Source of the DNA: Candidatus Omnitrophota bacterium
Lineage (GTDB): Bacteria > Omnitrophota > Gorgyraeia > 1-14-0-20-64-10
NCBI GenBank assembly: GCA_016201735.1
Contig: JACQCH010000017.1
Coordinates: 7,910-71,909 of the forward strand
Length of the DNA: 64,000 bases
Direction of reading: 5' to 3'
Shown: positions 7,877 to 17,581 of the stretch, in pieces
Numbering within the stretch: position 1 is the first letter of the stretch
How the letters are laid out: each line of letters opens with the position of its first letter
Translations under genes and position numbers: made by a program
The notes under the pieces: generated by a model
The model's database searches: none
What the model was told of the DNA's origin: nothing
Seen by the model: only the letters and a program-made list of their open reading frames with translations

Positions 7877-9382
7877 TCAGGCGACCGGCTCGACCTTCAC
7901 CATCTCCGGATGAAGTGTGGGATCCGGCTTCACAATCACCCGGCCCCGGTACTGAGATTCGATCGCCGTGATGGAGGACCGGTCCTCGTTAAAGAGGCGG
8001 GAGGCCAGGTCCGGGTGAACCGTGACTTCCACCGCCTGCTTCTTGGAAGTCTGGAAGGCCCTGCGGATCTGACGCAGGCACAGGATAGAAACCGTCATGA
8101 CCGATCGGATGGAACCCCGCCCCTGGCACATCGGGCATTCCTGGAAAGAGAGCGACTCCAGAGAGCGGCGGACCCTCTGCCGGGTCATCTGCACCAGGCC
8201 GAACTCCGACAGGAAGATCAGGTTGGTCTTGGCCCGGTCCTTGTGCATTGCGTTCTGCAGGATGTTGAACACCTTCTGCCGGTGGGACTGGGCGTTCATG
8301 TCGATGAAATCGATGATCAGGATCCCCCCTAAATCCCGGAGTCGGATCTGGCGGGGAATCTCCTTGGCCGCCTCCATGTTGGTGATGAAGGCGGTCTCCT
8401 CCAGGTTCCTCCGCCCGGTGAACTTGCCGCTGTTGACGTCGATGGCGACCAGGCTCTCCGTCTGCTCGATGATCACCGTTCCCCCGCTGGGGAGTTCCAC
8501 CTTTCGGTTGTAGATCCGTTCGATCTCTTTCTCCAAGCCCCGTTTTTCAAAGAGGGGGATCTCATGGCGATGCAACTCGACCCGGGAACGCATGTGGGGC
8601 TCCGTCTGGGCGAGAAACCGGTGGAGCTGCCGGAATTCCTCCTTGGAATCGACGATGATCTTGTTGACCTCTTCCGTCAGGTTGTCCCGGACAATCCTTA
8701 AGGGGAGGTTGTATTCCTCGTGGATCAGCGACGGGGCGGAGGCCCGGACCGAACGGGCCTTGATCCGCTTCCAGAGGGACCAGAGGAACCGCAGGTCACG
8801 GCCCAACTGTTTCCGGTTCGCTCCATCGGCGGCGGTCCGGACGATCAATCCGACCTCTTCTGGAGGACGCAGTTCCTTGACCAAACCGCGCAGCCGATCC
8901 CGCTCCTTGGGCTCGTCGACCCTTTTGGAAATCCCGAAGGTGGCATCCAGAGGCATCAGGACGATGAAGCGGCCCGGCAGGGTCAAGTGGGTGGTCAGCC
9001 GCGGCCCTTTCGTGCCGATCGGCTCCTTGATCACCTGGACCAGGATCTCCTGACCGATCCGGACCAGATCCTGGATCCGGGGCTGCTGACCACCGCTCAA
9101 AGGGGCCGCGGCCGGGCGCTCCCCCTCGATGTGGACCGTCTCCTCCATTTCCGAAGCCGGCCCCATGATGTCGGTCAGATACAGGAAGCCGTTCTTCCCC
9201 AGCCCCAAATCCACAAAGGCGGCCCGGATCCCAGGGACCACGGAGGTGACCTTTCCTTTATAGACGTTCCCGAGCAGGGGCGCAGGCGAAGAGCGCTCGA
9301 CGTAAAACTCCTCGAAGGCCCCCTCCTCGAGCACCGCCACGCGGGTCTCCATCGACTCGATGTTGATCAACAGTTCTTTCAT
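7877..9382 (-). CDS. rng: ribonuclease G/E family endoribonuclease (Rng/CafA-like)
   Basis: 501 aa; S1 domain N-terminus (LGNVYKGKVTSVVPGIRAAFVDLGLGKNGFLY), RNase E/G catalytic core motifs. Confidence 0.8.
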   Translation of the reverse strand: MKELLINIESMETRVAVLEEGAFEEFYVERSSPAPLLGNVYKGKVTSVVPGIRAAFVDLGLGKNGFLYLTDIMGPASEMEETVHIEGERPAAAPLSGGQQPRIQDLVRIGQEILVQVIKEPIGTKGPRLTTHLTLPGRFIVLMPLDATFGISKRVDEPKERDRLRGLVKELRPPEEVGLIVRTAADGANRKQLGRDLRFLWSLWKRIKARSVRASAPSLIHEEYNLPLRIVRDNLTEEVNKIIVDSKEEFRQLHRFLAQTEPHMRSRVELHRHEIPLFEKRGLEKEIERIYNRKVELPSGGTVIIEQTESLVAIDVNSGKFTGRRNLEETAFITNMEAAKEIPRQIRLRDLGGILIIDFIDMNAQSHRQKVFNILQNAMHKDRAKTNLIFLSEFGLVQMTRQRVRRSLESLSFQECPMCQGRGSIRSVMTVSILCLRQIRRAFQTSKKQAVEVTVHPDLASRLFNEDRSSITAIESQYRGRVIVKPDPTLHPEMVKVEPVA

Positions 9383-9675
9383 TGTTTCTTCTCGCGTTGT
9401 TGGAGCCCCGCTTTAATCTCCTGCAGTTCCTTCAAGATCCGGACCTGATCCTGATGAAGGGCCGTCAGGCCGCTGGCGATCAGTTCCTGCGTATCCCACT
9501 CCGCGTTCCCTTTCCGGAACCGCTTCAAATCCACCGCCTCACGAAAATCGTCACTCCCGGAAAAAACCTCCTCCCGGGAGACCGGCGGCGGCCGGTACTG
9601 GGCCTGAGCGACATCCCCAAAGGGAGCTAAGCTCAAACCGAAAATCATCATCCCCATCATCAAAGAACGCCTCAT
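9379..9675 (-). CDS. small secreted hypothetical protein
   Basis: 98 aa; signal peptide MRRSLMMGMMIFGLSLAPFGDVAQA; no recognisable domain. Confidence 0.35.
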   Translation of the reverse strand: MRRSLMMGMMIFGLSLAPFGDVAQAQYRPPPVSREEVFSGSDDFREAVDLKRFRKGNAEWDTQELIASGLTALHQDQVRILKELQEIKAGLQQREKKQ

Positions 9676-9842
9676 TAAAGTTCTCCTAAGGTTACAGGTT
9701 CACAGAGGAATCATTGTTGCCAGAGCCAAGTAAGTCGAAGTGCCGAAAGATGTAATCTCCTTCAAGACGCTCTTGAGGGTCGCCAGATCTTTTGCTTCGA
9801 GAAGCTGTTTCAGTTCCGGAAGGAAAAGAAAACAGGCCTTAG

Positions 9843-11516
9843 TCAACGCGGCTTCTGATGAGCCTGGCCTTTGTTGGACAGCTTTTCATGCAGGAACTCT
9901 CCATACTGCTGCTGAAGTTGATCCGTCTGCTCCGAAGAAAGAGTCCCTGGGTCGACGATCTTCGCGGTCAGGAAAATCAAGAGATCAATCTTCGCCAGAT
10001 CGGTTGTCGAACGGGAGAAGAGGGGCCCAACCAATGGGAGCTTCCCTAAGAAGGGCAGTCCCACCCGGGACTTGGACTTGACATCCTTCAAGAGCCCGCC
10101 GATCACCACCGTCTCCCCATGCTCCAGGACCACCTGGGTTTCCGCTTCCCGGACGTTCAAGATCGGATACTGGTTCGTGCCCACGACACTCCCCCGAGCG
10201 GAGATGACCGGATGGACGATCATGTCGATGTTGTGCTCGCCGCTGACCTGGGGAACCACGTACAGCTCAATGCCGATGTTTTGGTAATAATCCAGGCTTG
10301 TCGTCGTGGTGGTGGAGGAAGTGCCCGTCACCTGTGTGGAAAGAATCGGATACTTCTCTCCAATTAAGATCCTCGCCTCCTGGCCCGAGAGGGTCATCAC
10401 GTGAGGCGCCGAGAGGGTGTTGGTCCGCACATCCTCCTCCAAGGCCCTTAAGAGCAGTTCGAACTGCGTCCCGCGGAGCTGCCTTAGCACCAGCGACAGG
10501 CCCGTGTTGGCTGAAGTCAATCCGGAGGTCAGAGGAACGAAGCTGGCCGGGCTTAAAACTTGATTCAAGACAGATCCGCCGAATTTGGCCGTATCCGTTC
10601 CACCCACTCTTTTATCCAGAGATTGCAGGCCGAAGGGCCGGGAACTCGTGCTGGAAACGAATCCTTCGGACGAACTCGTGGTGGTGGAGCCGGGTCCTGT
10701 GCCCACCTCCAACCCAAGGTCCCTTAACAGATCGCGGCTGACCTCCATAACACGGGCCTCAATGAGGATCTGCTTCGGGAGAACGTCGATCATCGTTAGA
10801 ATCTTCTCCAGCCGGTCAATGGTGGTCGGGGTATCGGTGATCACTATCGCTTTGGAGCGGGCCTTCTCCCTCCCGGCCCGCTTCCGGTTCGCTTGTTCCT
10901 CCCCTCCTCCTCCCCCGGCCTTGGTCGTCCCAAAGGCCCACCCTTTCTGCCCCGTCATCTCCAACACCGAAATCTTCCCCTGGCCGGTCAGCTGCGGTTC
11001 CAGGAAGGTCTTGACGTCCCCGGCATCCAGAAATTTCAGCCGAATTACCTTGGTCGTCACCGGTTCAATCTCCACCAGCTGTTTCATGGCATCCCGCCTC
11101 GCCTTGAGATCTTCCAGGGTGGTGACGAGAATGACGTTGCCATCCTTCTCATAGCCGTACCCGTAGTTCTTGGCGATCACATCCAGGGCCTGCTCCCACG
11201 ACACCTCTTCCAGATGGATCGTCACCACCCCGGCGATCTCCTTGCCCGTGACGATGTTGACCTTGGCCTTCCGGGCCAAGGCCTGCAGGACCGTCTGAAT
11301 ATCCGCCTCCTTGAAATCGAGGGAAATCGATCCTCCGTCCGGAGGATTTGGAACCGGCGCCTGGGCGACCTGCACCGGTTTTTCTCCCGCTTCACCGGCC
11401 GCGCTCGGCCCCGGCTCTTCTTGAGAGAACAAGCCCGATCCCGTCGTTGTCAGAACCATTCCGATCGCCGTAAGCCAGATTGAAACCCGCTTCGGCAAGC
11501 CGTGGGTTCGTCTCAT
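9843..11516 (-). CDS. pilQ: type IV pilus secretin PilQ
   Basis: 557 aa; signal peptide, AMIN/N-domains, C-terminal secretin domain (GETVVIGGLLKD...RVGLPFLGKLPLVGPLF). Confidence 0.85.
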   Translation of the reverse strand: MRRTHGLPKRVSIWLTAIGMVLTTTGSGLFSQEEPGPSAAGEAGEKPVQVAQAPVPNPPDGGSISLDFKEADIQTVLQALARKAKVNIVTGKEIAGVVTIHLEEVSWEQALDVIAKNYGYGYEKDGNVILVTTLEDLKARRDAMKQLVEIEPVTTKVIRLKFLDAGDVKTFLEPQLTGQGKISVLEMTGQKGWAFGTTKAGGGGGEEQANRKRAGREKARSKAIVITDTPTTIDRLEKILTMIDVLPKQILIEARVMEVSRDLLRDLGLEVGTGPGSTTTSSSEGFVSSTSSRPFGLQSLDKRVGGTDTAKFGGSVLNQVLSPASFVPLTSGLTSANTGLSLVLRQLRGTQFELLLRALEEDVRTNTLSAPHVMTLSGQEARILIGEKYPILSTQVTGTSSTTTTTSLDYYQNIGIELYVVPQVSGEHNIDMIVHPVISARGSVVGTNQYPILNVREAETQVVLEHGETVVIGGLLKDVKSKSRVGLPFLGKLPLVGPLFSRSTTDLAKIDLLIFLTAKIVDPGTLSSEQTDQLQQQYGEFLHEKLSNKGQAHQKPR

Positions 11517-11905
11517 GGAGTTTCCTTCTCCTCTTTTGAGTGGATCAGAGTAAGACGATGGGATTGCCCTTCAACCCAGAGGACGACCGCGTCCGGCTCA
11601 ATCTTTAAAATCTTCATTCCATCAATCTCCTCTTTCTCCCTGACCACCTTTCCGTTGAGGACCGCGTAGGACTCCGCGTGAGGATCAAACACAATTCCCT
11701 GAAGGGTCAACCCTTCAATCCCCCCACCGACTTCCTCATCGAAACCGGGAGGATGCATCCGCTGGCCGTCTTCCGTCAGAAGGGCAACGAAAGGATCCCT
11801 CTTGCCCTTGGCCTGATACTCCGCCCAGACAGACGGCAATCCCAACCCACCGATGAAAGCGCAGAGAAGCCACGCGCAGGAAATCCCGGCGATGGTTCTG
11901 CTCAT
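11513..11905 (-). CDS. pilP: pilus assembly lipoprotein PilP-like
   Basis: Internal start MSRTIAGISCAWLLCAF... (130 aa) giving ATGA overlap with pilO stop; position between pilO and pilQ; upstream part of ORF 11513..12379 is antisense junk. Confidence 0.55.
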   Translation of the reverse strand: MSRTIAGISCAWLLCAFIGGLGLPSVWAEYQAKGKRDPFVALLTEDGQRMHPPGFDEEVGGGIEGLTLQGIVFDPHAESYAVLNGKVVREKEEIDGMKILKIEPDAVVLWVEGQSHRLTLIHSKEEKETP

Positions 11906-12480
11906 TTCTTTGAGTCCCCCGCGGCCGGCAGAAGATAGACCTGGAAGGTCAGGGTAGTCTGGTGGTTCCATACGTCCTTCGGGTTGGCCTGTATCTTCAA
12001 CTCCTGCAGCCGGATCAGACTTTCGGAACGCTCCAAGGCGTCGAGGAATTTCCCGATCGGATGATAGCCGCCCACGGCCTCCACCTGAATCGGCATCTCC
12101 AGAAACCCGGTGGGACTGGGACTCAGTTGACTGAGATTCTCTTTCGGCTTCACCAGAATCAACTTCACTTGAGAGGCGCGGGCCGCCTGGGCGATCATTT
12201 CCAGAAGCTCCGGCAGCTGCTCCTCGGGCGGGTGGGCAGCCGAGAAGATCTCCGCTTGGGCTTTCTGCTTCGCCAGTTCCTCCTCGGCGCCGGGCAATTG
12301 GGTCAATTCCTGACGGGCAAGACCAATCCTCTGTTTCATCGAGATGATACTGGAACGCCCTGCGGCCCACACCCTGCATTGCGGGATGAAAAAGAAACCT
12401 GCCCAGATAAAAAACCCAATCCCCGCTCCCACGGTGGAAAGAATCCTCCGCACACGGGGGTCGGAAAGAGTCAGGGCCAT
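11902..12480 (-). CDS. pilO: type IV pilus assembly protein PilO
   Basis: 192 aa, single N-terminal TM then coiled coil, canonical position in pilMNOPQ. Confidence 0.65.
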   Translation of the reverse strand: MALTLSDPRVRRILSTVGAGIGFFIWAGFFFIPQCRVWAAGRSSIISMKQRIGLARQELTQLPGAEEELAKQKAQAEIFSAAHPPEEQLPELLEMIAQAARASQVKLILVKPKENLSQLSPSPTGFLEMPIQVEAVGGYHPIGKFLDALERSESLIRLQELKIQANPKDVWNHQTTLTFQVYLLPAAGDSKK

Positions 12481-12483
12481 GGA

Positions 12484-13146
12484 TTACAGCCCCTCCGGGA
12501 AAAACAGCATCTCAAAATCGCTGACCTGTTCCTCATGGACCTGCCGCTGCTCTACCGACTTGAGCTCGACGGTACGAAACATCCGTTTAAAATCGGGCTG
12601 CTCCTTCAGGCGCTGGAGGTATCGACTGACAGGAGAACCAGCCCCTGTTTCCGTCACAAAGGCCGACCCCTTGAGGATCAGCATCGGGACAGCCGGCGGG
12701 GGCGGTGGATTCTTCGAAGCCGCGCCCTTTGGAGCGCCCGGTTTGGGTTTTTGCACAGGAGCAGTCGGGTTGGGATGGGCAACGGTTGTTTTAAATTCCA
12801 AGGAGGAAAACCACAGCTGTGAAACCAAGGCATTGGAAAGAAGATTCAGGCGAGGCGCCCACTGCGCCTCGGACGCTTTAAGAGTCTTTTGGAGCGTCGT
12901 TCGATTCTGCAGCGCCCGCAGGACCCCTTGGGTCCTTTGCAACCGGTTCCATTCCGGTTGAATACGGTTCCATTGAGCGGTCAGTCTTCCCAATGTCCAT
13001 GCGTGAAGCCCATTGGCCAGCAGCAAGAGGCAGGAGATGGAAACGACAACGGTGAGGGTCCTCCTCCCGATCAATTTCCAAGGCATCTGACCGAACTGCG
13101 GGATCGCCCGCCGGCCGATCGGAGGCAGCAGATTAATTCGGATCAC
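12484..13146 (-). CDS. pilN: type IV pilus assembly protein PilN (GTG start)
   Basis: VIRINLLPP N-terminus typical of PilN; GTG at 13146..13144 gives GTGA overlap with pilM stop; TM segment then coiled coil. Confidence 0.6.
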   Translation of the reverse strand: MIRINLLPPIGRRAIPQFGQMPWKLIGRRTLTVVVSISCLLLLANGLHAWTLGRLTAQWNRIQPEWNRLQRTQGVLRALQNRTTLQKTLKASEAQWAPRLNLLSNALVSQLWFSSLEFKTTVAHPNPTAPVQKPKPGAPKGAASKNPPPPPAVPMLILKGSAFVTETGAGSPVSRYLQRLKEQPDFKRMFRTVELKSVEQRQVHEEQVSDFEMLFFPEGL

Positions 13147-14219
13147 GACAGCTCCCGCACGGCCAGCCCAACTGCCACCCCGAGACTGTCCCGATTCTGT
13201 TCCATCTGGGCAGGATCTACCTCGGAAGCAAATCCCTCCAGCAGATTCCATTCCTCCATTGGAACTCCCAATCCCTCCTGGATCCATTCCTTGAAGCCGG
13301 CCAAGCGGGAAGATCCCCCGCTTAAGGCAACCCGCTGGATTCTCTGGCCGGATTGATCCTCATAAAAATCAAACGAAGCTCGGCATTGGGTCAGCCATTT
13401 CTCCCACAAAGGCTGCAGGACCGTTTGAACCTCAGCAGATCGCGTTTCCGGGCGACATTTTATCGCCTCCGCTTGAAGGGCGTCAAGCTGCAGGCTCTCC
13501 CCTATCACTTGAGTGAAGGAGCTTCCCCCAACGGAAACCTCACGGGTAAACTGCAGCAAGGAACCCAGAAGGAAAATCAAGATGGTGCCCCGAGCCCCCA
13601 CATGAATCAACGCCACCCCCTCGGAGCCCGGATTGGGGTGGCTCTTTCCCCAGGCATTGGCCAAGGCCAGCGCCTCCAGATCCACCGCATAGGGTGTTAC
13701 CCCGGCGGCCTCAAGCAGCGCCAGGTGAGACTGGATCAATTCCTGGCGGGCCGCCGCCAGCAGAACCTCCATCCGGCCCTCCGGCCGGTCCCCAACGATG
13801 GAAAAATCCAGAGTCGCTTCCTCCAATTTAAACGGGATGTATTTCTCCGCTTCAAAAGCAAGGGCCCCCTTTAATTCCTGGGGAGACATCTTCGGCAGGA
13901 GAACCGATCTTAAGACGGCGCTGGGTCCGGCAACGGCAGTCACCACCCGAACCTGACGGCCGTCCCGAAGTGACTCAACCACCTGCTGGACCGCTTGGGC
14001 CCGCTGGGGCAGCTCGGCCCCGGGGAGAATGGGGGCTGTGGCGAAGCGAACGAGTGGGGGACCTTGGGGGGCTGATTTAAGCAAGACCCCCTTGACCGAG
14101 GTAGATCCTATGTCAAGGCCAATGGAAGGAACGGAGCCTCTAAGGAGCCCCGTCAAGGTTTGCCTGAGACTTGACAGATCAGTGAGTTGGGATATTCGGA
14201 AGCCAGGCACGTTGGGCAA
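13143..14219 (-). CDS. pilM: type IV pilus assembly ATPase-like protein PilM
   Basis: 358 aa; actin-like fold motifs IGLDIGSTSVKGVLL. Confidence 0.85.
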   Translation of the reverse strand: MPNVPGFRISQLTDLSSLRQTLTGLLRGSVPSIGLDIGSTSVKGVLLKSAPQGPPLVRFATAPILPGAELPQRAQAVQQVVESLRDGRQVRVVTAVAGPSAVLRSVLLPKMSPQELKGALAFEAEKYIPFKLEEATLDFSIVGDRPEGRMEVLLAAARQELIQSHLALLEAAGVTPYAVDLEALALANAWGKSHPNPGSEGVALIHVGARGTILIFLLGSLLQFTREVSVGGSSFTQVIGESLQLDALQAEAIKCRPETRSAEVQTVLQPLWEKWLTQCRASFDFYEDQSGQRIQRVALSGGSSRLAGFKEWIQEGLGVPMEEWNLLEGFASEVDPAQMEQNRDSLGVAVGLAVRELS

Positions 14220-14273
14220 TTATACCGCTTTATGGCTTCCTGTCCAAGCTTGTCGGTGTTTAGGGGTTTGGGT

Positions 14274-14657
14274 TCAGTAGGACAGAACGCCCTTTTTCTC
14301 GAGTTCCTGGAGCTCTTCGGGCGTCGGAGTAATCGATCCTTCCTTCTTCTTCTCCTCCTGGAGAGGAGGGCTGATTTTTTGTTCCCGCCCAGGCGTCGCT
14401 CGAGAAGGGACCTCCGGAACGGATCGCTTCTCAAAAACCAATGGGTCGGGAGCCGGACCCGGGGCCCCTGGTGGCAGAACCGTTCCTAATTCCTCCGGCC
14501 GCGGCAATTGCAGGGGCTGTTTCCCCTTTAGCTCTTCCATAAAACCTCCGGAGGGAGACTCTGAAACCGACGGCTGTTTCCAGAATCCCAGAACAAAGGA
14601 GAAACCGACTGCCAGAATCCCCGCGAGCACCAAAATCAACTTTGTTTTATCATTCAT
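14274..14657 (-). CDS. hypothetical membrane-anchored Pro-rich protein
   Basis: 127 aa; TM LILVLAGILAVGFSFVLGF then Pro-rich region; inside pilus locus. Confidence 0.35.
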   Translation of the reverse strand: MNDKTKLILVLAGILAVGFSFVLGFWKQPSVSESPSGGFMEELKGKQPLQLPRPEELGTVLPPGAPGPAPDPLVFEKRSVPEVPSRATPGREQKISPPLQEEKKKEGSITPTPEELQELEKKGVLSY

Positions 14658-14674
14658 CGTGGTTTTCTCACATT

Positions 14675-15973
14675 TTATGTGTTGCTCTCATCGTTCCAGC
14701 TGAGGGTGCTGTAGCTGCCGGTCAACGGGAAGTACGGCGGAATCATGTTCTGCAAACGGGTGTCGTAGTGATAGTCCTTGGTGTACCCGGACAATTTGCT
14801 TCCGGTGCTCCCGCTGAATGTTCCCACAGGACCCCGGTTGGCCTGGTTGAGCCCTCCGTAGAGGGTCAGCGTCCCTTTCGGCGGCCCGATCCAATAGTTC
14901 GACACGGTGAACGACTTGTTCAGCGCCATCACCGACGCTTGAACCGTGATGTTCGTCGGGGCCGACGTGGAGATGATGGCGTTGCCGCCCGCTAAAACTC
15001 CCAAGAGATCGGTGGAATTGGGATTTGTTTGCGGGTTATCCGAATACGTGATCGAATCGACGAAATTAATATCTCCGCTGGCGGCAACGGTCATCTGTCC
15101 CTTCATCGTCCCCTGCAGGGTGAGGGTACCCCCGTTGACATAAACCACTCCGTTGGCGGGAGGGGGCAGCACGGCGTTGTTCAAGCCCGCGCTCGCATTC
15201 GTGACCTGGATGTTCCCGTTCGCCAAGAAGGTGAGCGTGGTGTTGCCGTTAAAGGTCTTGCCTGACGCGGAAGCGGCGGCGGTGATGAGAGCCGCGGGGA
15301 TGCTCGCCGGATACGGCTTGGCTGGAGCGTTCAACTGAAGCCCCCCGTTGAAATTCGGGGCATTCCCGCCGGGAGGAGGCGGGCTGTAGTAGTTGATGCT
15401 GGCGGAAACAGAGCTGACCAGACCGTCAAAGGTCGGCTTCCCATTCATGCTGAACTGGCTGTTCGTGTGCGTGGGCCCCTCGATGTGGTCCACCGTAATG
15501 AACCAAACCTTGGAACCGCTGGAAGATATCTCGCTGTTGGTCAAGTAGGCAAATTCCGCGAAGCTCTGCACCTGGACCACCATATCCGTCCGGCGGACAG
15601 CCGCTCCAGCCCCGGCGCTCGCCCATCCCTGGATGGAATATCGTTTGACGTAGGAGGTTGGATTTGCATCATCCGGGTCGATGGTCACGAGGAACTGCCC
15701 GTTCCCGAGATTCTGGACTCCTCCGTTGATGACGAACGGCGCCGATCCGCCGGGAGGACCCGCTTGACTCTGAAGCCAACGATACCCTTGATCAAGCGCC
15801 GCTTCCGTCAGATAGAAGGCCTGCGTGGATGCCTGCGACCGCTGAGCGGACCATCCCTCCGCGACCGCGTGCGTCATCATGGCTCCCACCAGAATCAGGA
15901 CGACCGCCAACACCATGTAGAAGGTGATCAGGACAAACCCCTCTTCTCCCTGCCGACCCCTGTTTGTTCTCAT
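14675..15973 (-). CDS. PilX-like large minor pilin / pilus-associated protein
   Basis: 432 aa; N-terminus RGRQGEEGFVLITFYMVLAVVLILVGAMMTHA resembles PilX-type pseudopilin anchor; Gly/Asn/Thr/Ser-rich beta region. Confidence 0.5.
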   Translation of the reverse strand: MRTNRGRQGEEGFVLITFYMVLAVVLILVGAMMTHAVAEGWSAQRSQASTQAFYLTEAALDQGYRWLQSQAGPPGGSAPFVINGGVQNLGNGQFLVTIDPDDANPTSYVKRYSIQGWASAGAGAAVRRTDMVVQVQSFAEFAYLTNSEISSSGSKVWFITVDHIEGPTHTNSQFSMNGKPTFDGLVSSVSASINYYSPPPPGGNAPNFNGGLQLNAPAKPYPASIPAALITAAASASGKTFNGNTTLTFLANGNIQVTNASAGLNNAVLPPPANGVVYVNGGTLTLQGTMKGQMTVAASGDINFVDSITYSDNPQTNPNSTDLLGVLAGGNAIISTSAPTNITVQASVMALNKSFTVSNYWIGPPKGTLTLYGGLNQANRGPVGTFSGSTGSKLSGYTKDYHYDTRLQNMIPPYFPLTGSYSTLSWNDESNT

Positions 15974-15985
15974 CGAGCGCCCTCC

Positions 15986-16540
15986 TTAGTTCCTGACCCG
16001 AACCCGGGTGCTTAAAGTCCCCGCGTTTGGAAAATCCCCCGAATTGGCTCCCCGCTGGACCGATACATTGATCTCGATCACCGATGGGGTGGCCGCCTGC
16101 CGGCGGAATTGGAGCGCCGTCACCCCGTTGGCCAAGACCTGATCCACGCCATTCTGGGACCTCAAGATCTGGTTGCCTCCGTTGCCCCCCAGGGAATAGG
16201 TGATCGGAGTCGACCATTCGATAAGACCCGTCGCGTCGTTCAACACGGTCGTCCCCGCATCCGGCCCGTCCTGGGGGATTCGAAAAATAAGGTTTCCTGA
16301 GTACCAGGCCGCACCCACTGGAATCTCAGTCAAATCAGCCAGTTGAGTTGAAATCAGCTCCCGAGACAGGGAATCGATGGCTCTTCGCAGCTCGGTGGAC
16401 GTCGTCATCCGGGCTTGCTCCACCTGCCATGTCCTCTGGCTCGAAGATAAAATCCCCACCACCACTCCGGAAATAATTGCGATGATCGCCATGGAGACCA
16501 GGATTTCAATAAAGGTAAACCCATCCCTTTTCCTCCTCAT
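15986..16540 (-). CDS. type IV pilin-like minor pilin (PilW/PilV-like)
   Basis: Prepilin class III signal RRKRDG|FTFIEILVSMAIIAIISGVVVG with Glu at +5. Confidence 0.6.
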   Translation of the reverse strand: MRRKRDGFTFIEILVSMAIIAIISGVVVGILSSSQRTWQVEQARMTTSTELRRAIDSLSRELISTQLADLTEIPVGAAWYSGNLIFRIPQDGPDAGTTVLNDATGLIEWSTPITYSLGGNGGNQILRSQNGVDQVLANGVTALQFRRQAATPSVIEINVSVQRGANSGDFPNAGTLSTRVRVRN

Positions 16541-16965
16541 CTCTGGGTCACCAATGTATTCACCGCCGCAAACCGGGCCCGGCCCCGCTCCGACCAGTTG
16601 ATCGTCACGGTGACATCCAGCGGATCCGCCGCGGGGTTGACATAGGCCACCGTCACTGCCTCATTATTCAGCGACGTCAGGTTGTTCGCCGTCGCCCACG
16701 CCGTCCAACCCGTCCCGGTCACGGCAGCCAATCCTCCTATCGAGACGTTCCGGATCTGCTCCAACACCGCCCGGGCGTCCGCCATCGCCCGCGTCATGTT
16801 CCGGCTCGATTCGTTCATCGCAGCGATACTCACATAAAATCCGACCAAAGCGGCCGTTGTGATCACGAAGATGCTCACCGTGACCAGGATCTCAATCAGG
16901 GTGAACCCATGCCGCTTCAAAAAACCGGGGCGGCAGCCCCGGAGGACCACCGCCCCTGAATTCAT
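16537..16965 (-). CDS. type IV pilin-like minor pilin
   Basis: Start at ATG 16965 (strong GGAGGAA SD) gives MNSGAVVLRGCRPGFLKRHG|FTLIEILVTVSIFVI prepilin motif. Confidence 0.55.
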   Translation of the reverse strand: MNSGAVVLRGCRPGFLKRHGFTLIEILVTVSIFVITTAALVGFYVSIAAMNESSRNMTRAMADARAVLEQIRNVSIGGLAAVTGTGWTAWATANNLTSLNNEAVTVAYVNPAADPLDVTVTINWSERGRARFAAVNTLVTQR

Positions 16966-16987
16966 TTCCTCCAGCCCTTTTAACTCA

Positions 16988-17458
16988 TTAATCAAGCGGC
17001 GGGCTGGCTGCACCCGCAGCACCCGCGGCCGCGACACGGATGACCCCCGTCTGATCCACAAAGAAACCTCTCGTACCGGTCACAGCGACCGTCACCGGAT
17101 CGGCGTTCAAGGTATACGTGTTGGCTGATCCAAACACATAGGTAAAGTTATACCCCTGCTTCGTCCCGCTGGACAACACAGTGTCAATGTAAGGCGGGTT
17201 TGCAGCCGACAAAACGAGCAAGTTCGCCGGATAGCTTAAAGGGGTCTGATTCGCCCTCCAGCTTTCCAACGACGAAACCAGCGTCCGACACGAGGCGATG
17301 GCCGCTGTCTCATCGGCATTGTGCCGCGCCCGAAGCATATTCGGGATAGCCACCGCTGCAATCAACGCGATAATGGCAACCACGATCATGATCTCAACCA
17401 GCGTGAAACCTTTTGCGTCATGAGAATGATATGCACGCATTTTTGTGTTCTCCTTCAT
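16988..17458 (-). CDS. pilA: type IVa major pilin PilA
   Basis: 156 aa; AKG|FTLVEIMIVVAIIALIAAVAIP prepilin leader and hydrophobic helix, conserved Cys pair absent/variable C-terminal. Confidence 0.7.
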   Translation of the reverse strand: MKENTKMRAYHSHDAKGFTLVEIMIVVAIIALIAAVAIPNMLRARHNADETAAIASCRTLVSSLESWRANQTPLSYPANLLVLSAANPPYIDTVLSSGTKQGYNFTYVFGSANTYTLNADPVTVAVTGTRGFFVDQTGVIRVAAAGAAGAASPPLD

Positions 17459-17581
17459 TTTTCAGTTAATCTAACCTACACACCACTCCATCGAAGGGCT
17501 CTTACGCGCCCTCCGTTACAGAGTATACCCGTTCCATCACTACGGCGACAAGGCGGGTTGGACAATGCACAAAAGCACATT

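Noticed and set aside
7510-8332. ORFs 7510..7806(-), 7715..8332(+), 18780..19295(-), 18859..19665(+), 26022..26432(-), 26083..26424(-), 26207..26461(-) sharing peptides such as MESRSFQLGFPF / FTFTMSEHRQVAKP
   Set aside because: The shared peptides come from a repeated DNA element (MITE-like copies A, B, C) and are read in arbitrary frames. There are no start-site signals and no protein-like composition, so they are not a gene family.
8720-9448. Numerous long plus-strand ORFs antisense to real genes (e.g. 8720..9448, 21319..22566, 24307..24933, 26922..27638, 31060..31710, 35675..36250, 36872..37729, 37853..38602, 58244..58769)
   Set aside because: These are typical high-GC shadow ORFs. They have Arg/Pro/Gly/His-biased composition and lie opposite well-supported conserved genes. 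None has a recognisable motif.
17459-17581. Sigma-54 (-24/-12) promoter upstream of pilA
   Set aside because: I looked for TGGCAC-N5-TTGCW on the minus strand of the pilC-pilA gap. I found only a weak TGGAAC…ATACT approximation. That is not convincing enough to report.
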